Positions 62,759 through 64,000 of a stretch of 64,000 nt of DNA are shown here, one piece after another. Under the pieces are notes generated by a model. It searched no databases. It saw only the letters and a list, made by a program, of their open reading frames with translations, and was not told the DNA's origin. The stretch is from the NCBI RefSeq assembly GCF_003063625.1, contig NZ_CP026604.1, positions 2,704,065-2,768,064 of the forward strand, given 5' to 3'. The stretch's first letter is position 1, and every line of letters begins with the position of its first letter. The stretch comes from Saccharobesus litoralis. GTDB taxonomy: Bacteria; Pseudomonadota; Gammaproteobacteria; Enterobacterales; Alteromonadaceae. The position numbers were made by a program, and so were the translations under genes.

Positions 62759-64000
62759 ATGGGATGGTTTGGTAAACAAGAATCTAAGCAAAAGTCGATT
62801 AGCGACTTAGTGCTCGCATCATTAGACAAGTCTCAAGCAGTTATTGAATTTAATCCTGATGGAACAATCATAACAGCGAATGCGAACTTTTTATCTGCAA
62901 TGGGTTATCGACTAGAAGAAATTCAAGGTCGACACCACAGTATGTTTGTTGATCCTCAATATGCCAATGGACAGGATTATCGAGACTTTTGGGCCAAATT
63001 AAATCGTTGTGAATTTCATCAAGGTGAATATAAGCGCTTTGCTAATGGTGGACGAGAAATTTGGATCCAAGCGTCGTATAACCCTGTTGTTGACGAACAA
63101 GGACGCTTAATTAAGGTTATTAAATTTGCAACTGATATTACTTCGCAAAAATTGGCTGCGGCTGATAATCAAGGCCAACTTGATGCTATATCCCGCTCGC
63201 AAGCCGTTATTGAGTTTAACCTTGATGGCACCATTATTACTGCGAATGATAACTTCTTAAAAACGGCAGGCTATAGCTTAAGTGAAGTACAAGGCCAGCA
63301 TCATAGGCTGTTTGTCGACAAAGAGTATGCACAATCAGCAGACTATCAGGCTTTTTGGCAACAACTAAGTCAAGGCCAGTTTCTTGCTGGTGAATTTAAG
63401 CGAGTCAATAAAGCAGGGCAAACGGTTTGGTTGCAAGCCTCTTATAATCCCATTTACGACATGGATGGTAAGCCGTTTAAAGTCGTTAAGTACGCCTCTG
63501 ATATTACACAGCAAAAAGCAGCGGAACAAAAAGCTAAGCAAAATGCCAATATTGCTAATGCGTTGAATGTCTGTCAAGCCAACGTCATGCTAGCAGATAA
63601 TGAGCTTAATATTGTTTTTGTTAATCACGAAAATATGAGCATGCTTAAGTCGCGTGAAGCTCAATTACGTCAAGCGCTGCCTAATTTTAATGCTGATACG
63701 CTGGTCGGGACTTGTGTCGATATATTTCATAAAAACCCAACACATCAGCGTACTATGCTCAAGGCACTTCGAGAACCCTACAAAACTAAGATTAAAGTGG
63801 TGGGCTTAACGTTTCAGTTAATTGCTACACCTTGGAATAGTATTGACGGTGAAAGACTTGGGACCATTATTGAATGGCAAGATATGACAGAAGAGTTAGC
63901 GGCCCAAGAGAAAGCGGAAGCGCTAGCTGCAGACAATGCGAGAATTAAGTCGGCGTTAGATAAATGTCAAGCTAATGTCATGATGGCTGATAATGACTTG
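62759..64000 (+). CDS. PAS-domain methyl-accepting chemotaxis protein, 5' part (runs off the window)
   Basis: Two PAS repeats (…AVIEFN(P/L)DGTII(T)AN(A/D)NFL…). Repeated …CQANVM(L/M)ADN(E/D)L… segments. Confidence 0.7.
   Translation, partial: MGWFGKQESKQKSISDLVLASLDKSQAVIEFNPDGTIITANANFLSAMGYRLEEIQGRHHSMFVDPQYANGQDYRDFWAKLNRCEFHQGEYKRFANGGREIWIQASYNPVVDEQGRLIKVIKFATDITSQKLAAADNQGQLDAISRSQAVIEFNLDGTIITANDNFLKTAGYSLSEVQGQHHRLFVDKEYAQSADYQAFWQQLSQGQFLAGEFKRVNKAGQTVWLQASYNPIYDMDGKPFKVVKYASDITQQKAAEQKAKQNANIANALNVCQANVMLADNELNIVFVNHENMSMLKSREAQLRQALPNFNADTLVGTCVDIFHKNPTHQRTMLKALREPYKTKIKVVGLTFQLIATPWNSIDGERLGTIIEWQDMTEELAAQEKAEALAADNARIKSALDKCQANVMMADNDL

Overview
Chromosomal segment of an AT-moderate marine gammaproteobacterium. 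The affiliation is inferred, possibly Alteromonadales-like, from ilvY-ilvC synteny, an E. coli-like IlvC, a Vibrio/Shewanella-type accessory chemosensory cluster, and alginate/fucose enzymes. Housekeeping content: ubiD, ilvY-ilvC, malic enzyme, lexA with an SOS box, and a complete aa3-type cytochrome c oxidase cluster (coxB-coxA-cox11-coxC-DUF2909-surf1-X-ctaA-ctaB-sco). It ends with a chemotaxis cluster (STAS-cheY-cheA-cheW plus a PAS-containing MCP that runs off the window). Mobile DNA is abundant. (1) An IS110/IS1111-like element with a long 3' non-coding region and 4x21-bp tandem repeats has inserted precisely into one copy of a about 357-bp TA-flanked MITE. The MITE has three copies in the window. 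(2) A group IIC intron carrying a 423-aa RT/maturase sits immediately after the ilvC intrinsic terminator. (3) An IS4-family element with 13-bp IRs and a 9-bp TSD splits a FucP-like MFS transporter gene. (4) An IS982 transposase remnant is present. (5) Several clusters of REP-like palindromes occur. Accessory genes include a Planctomycete-type DUF1592/DUF1552 pair (the 1256-aa member has two CxxCH motifs) next to an ECF sigma/FecR-LamG anti-sigma pair. There are scattered carbohydrate genes (PL7-like alginate lyase, GH29 fucosidase, ThuA-like protein, sugar-phosphate isomerase, AraC). An NfeD-flotillin-giant (1713 aa) AAA+ protein operon is present. The most notable region is an AT-rich 4-gene island at 42.4-48.0 kb. 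It encodes a DUF-like 387-aa protein, an 888-aa eukaryotic-like kinase + P-loop NTPase fusion, a 393-aa unknown protein and a 137-aa 2-TM protein. It is flanked by an HTH-like gene carrying a poly-G tract, an IS982 remnant and lexA. It matches no defence system I recognise, and I propose it as a candidate novel anti-phage/abortive-infection system. All annotations are by eye from motifs. No database searches were run.
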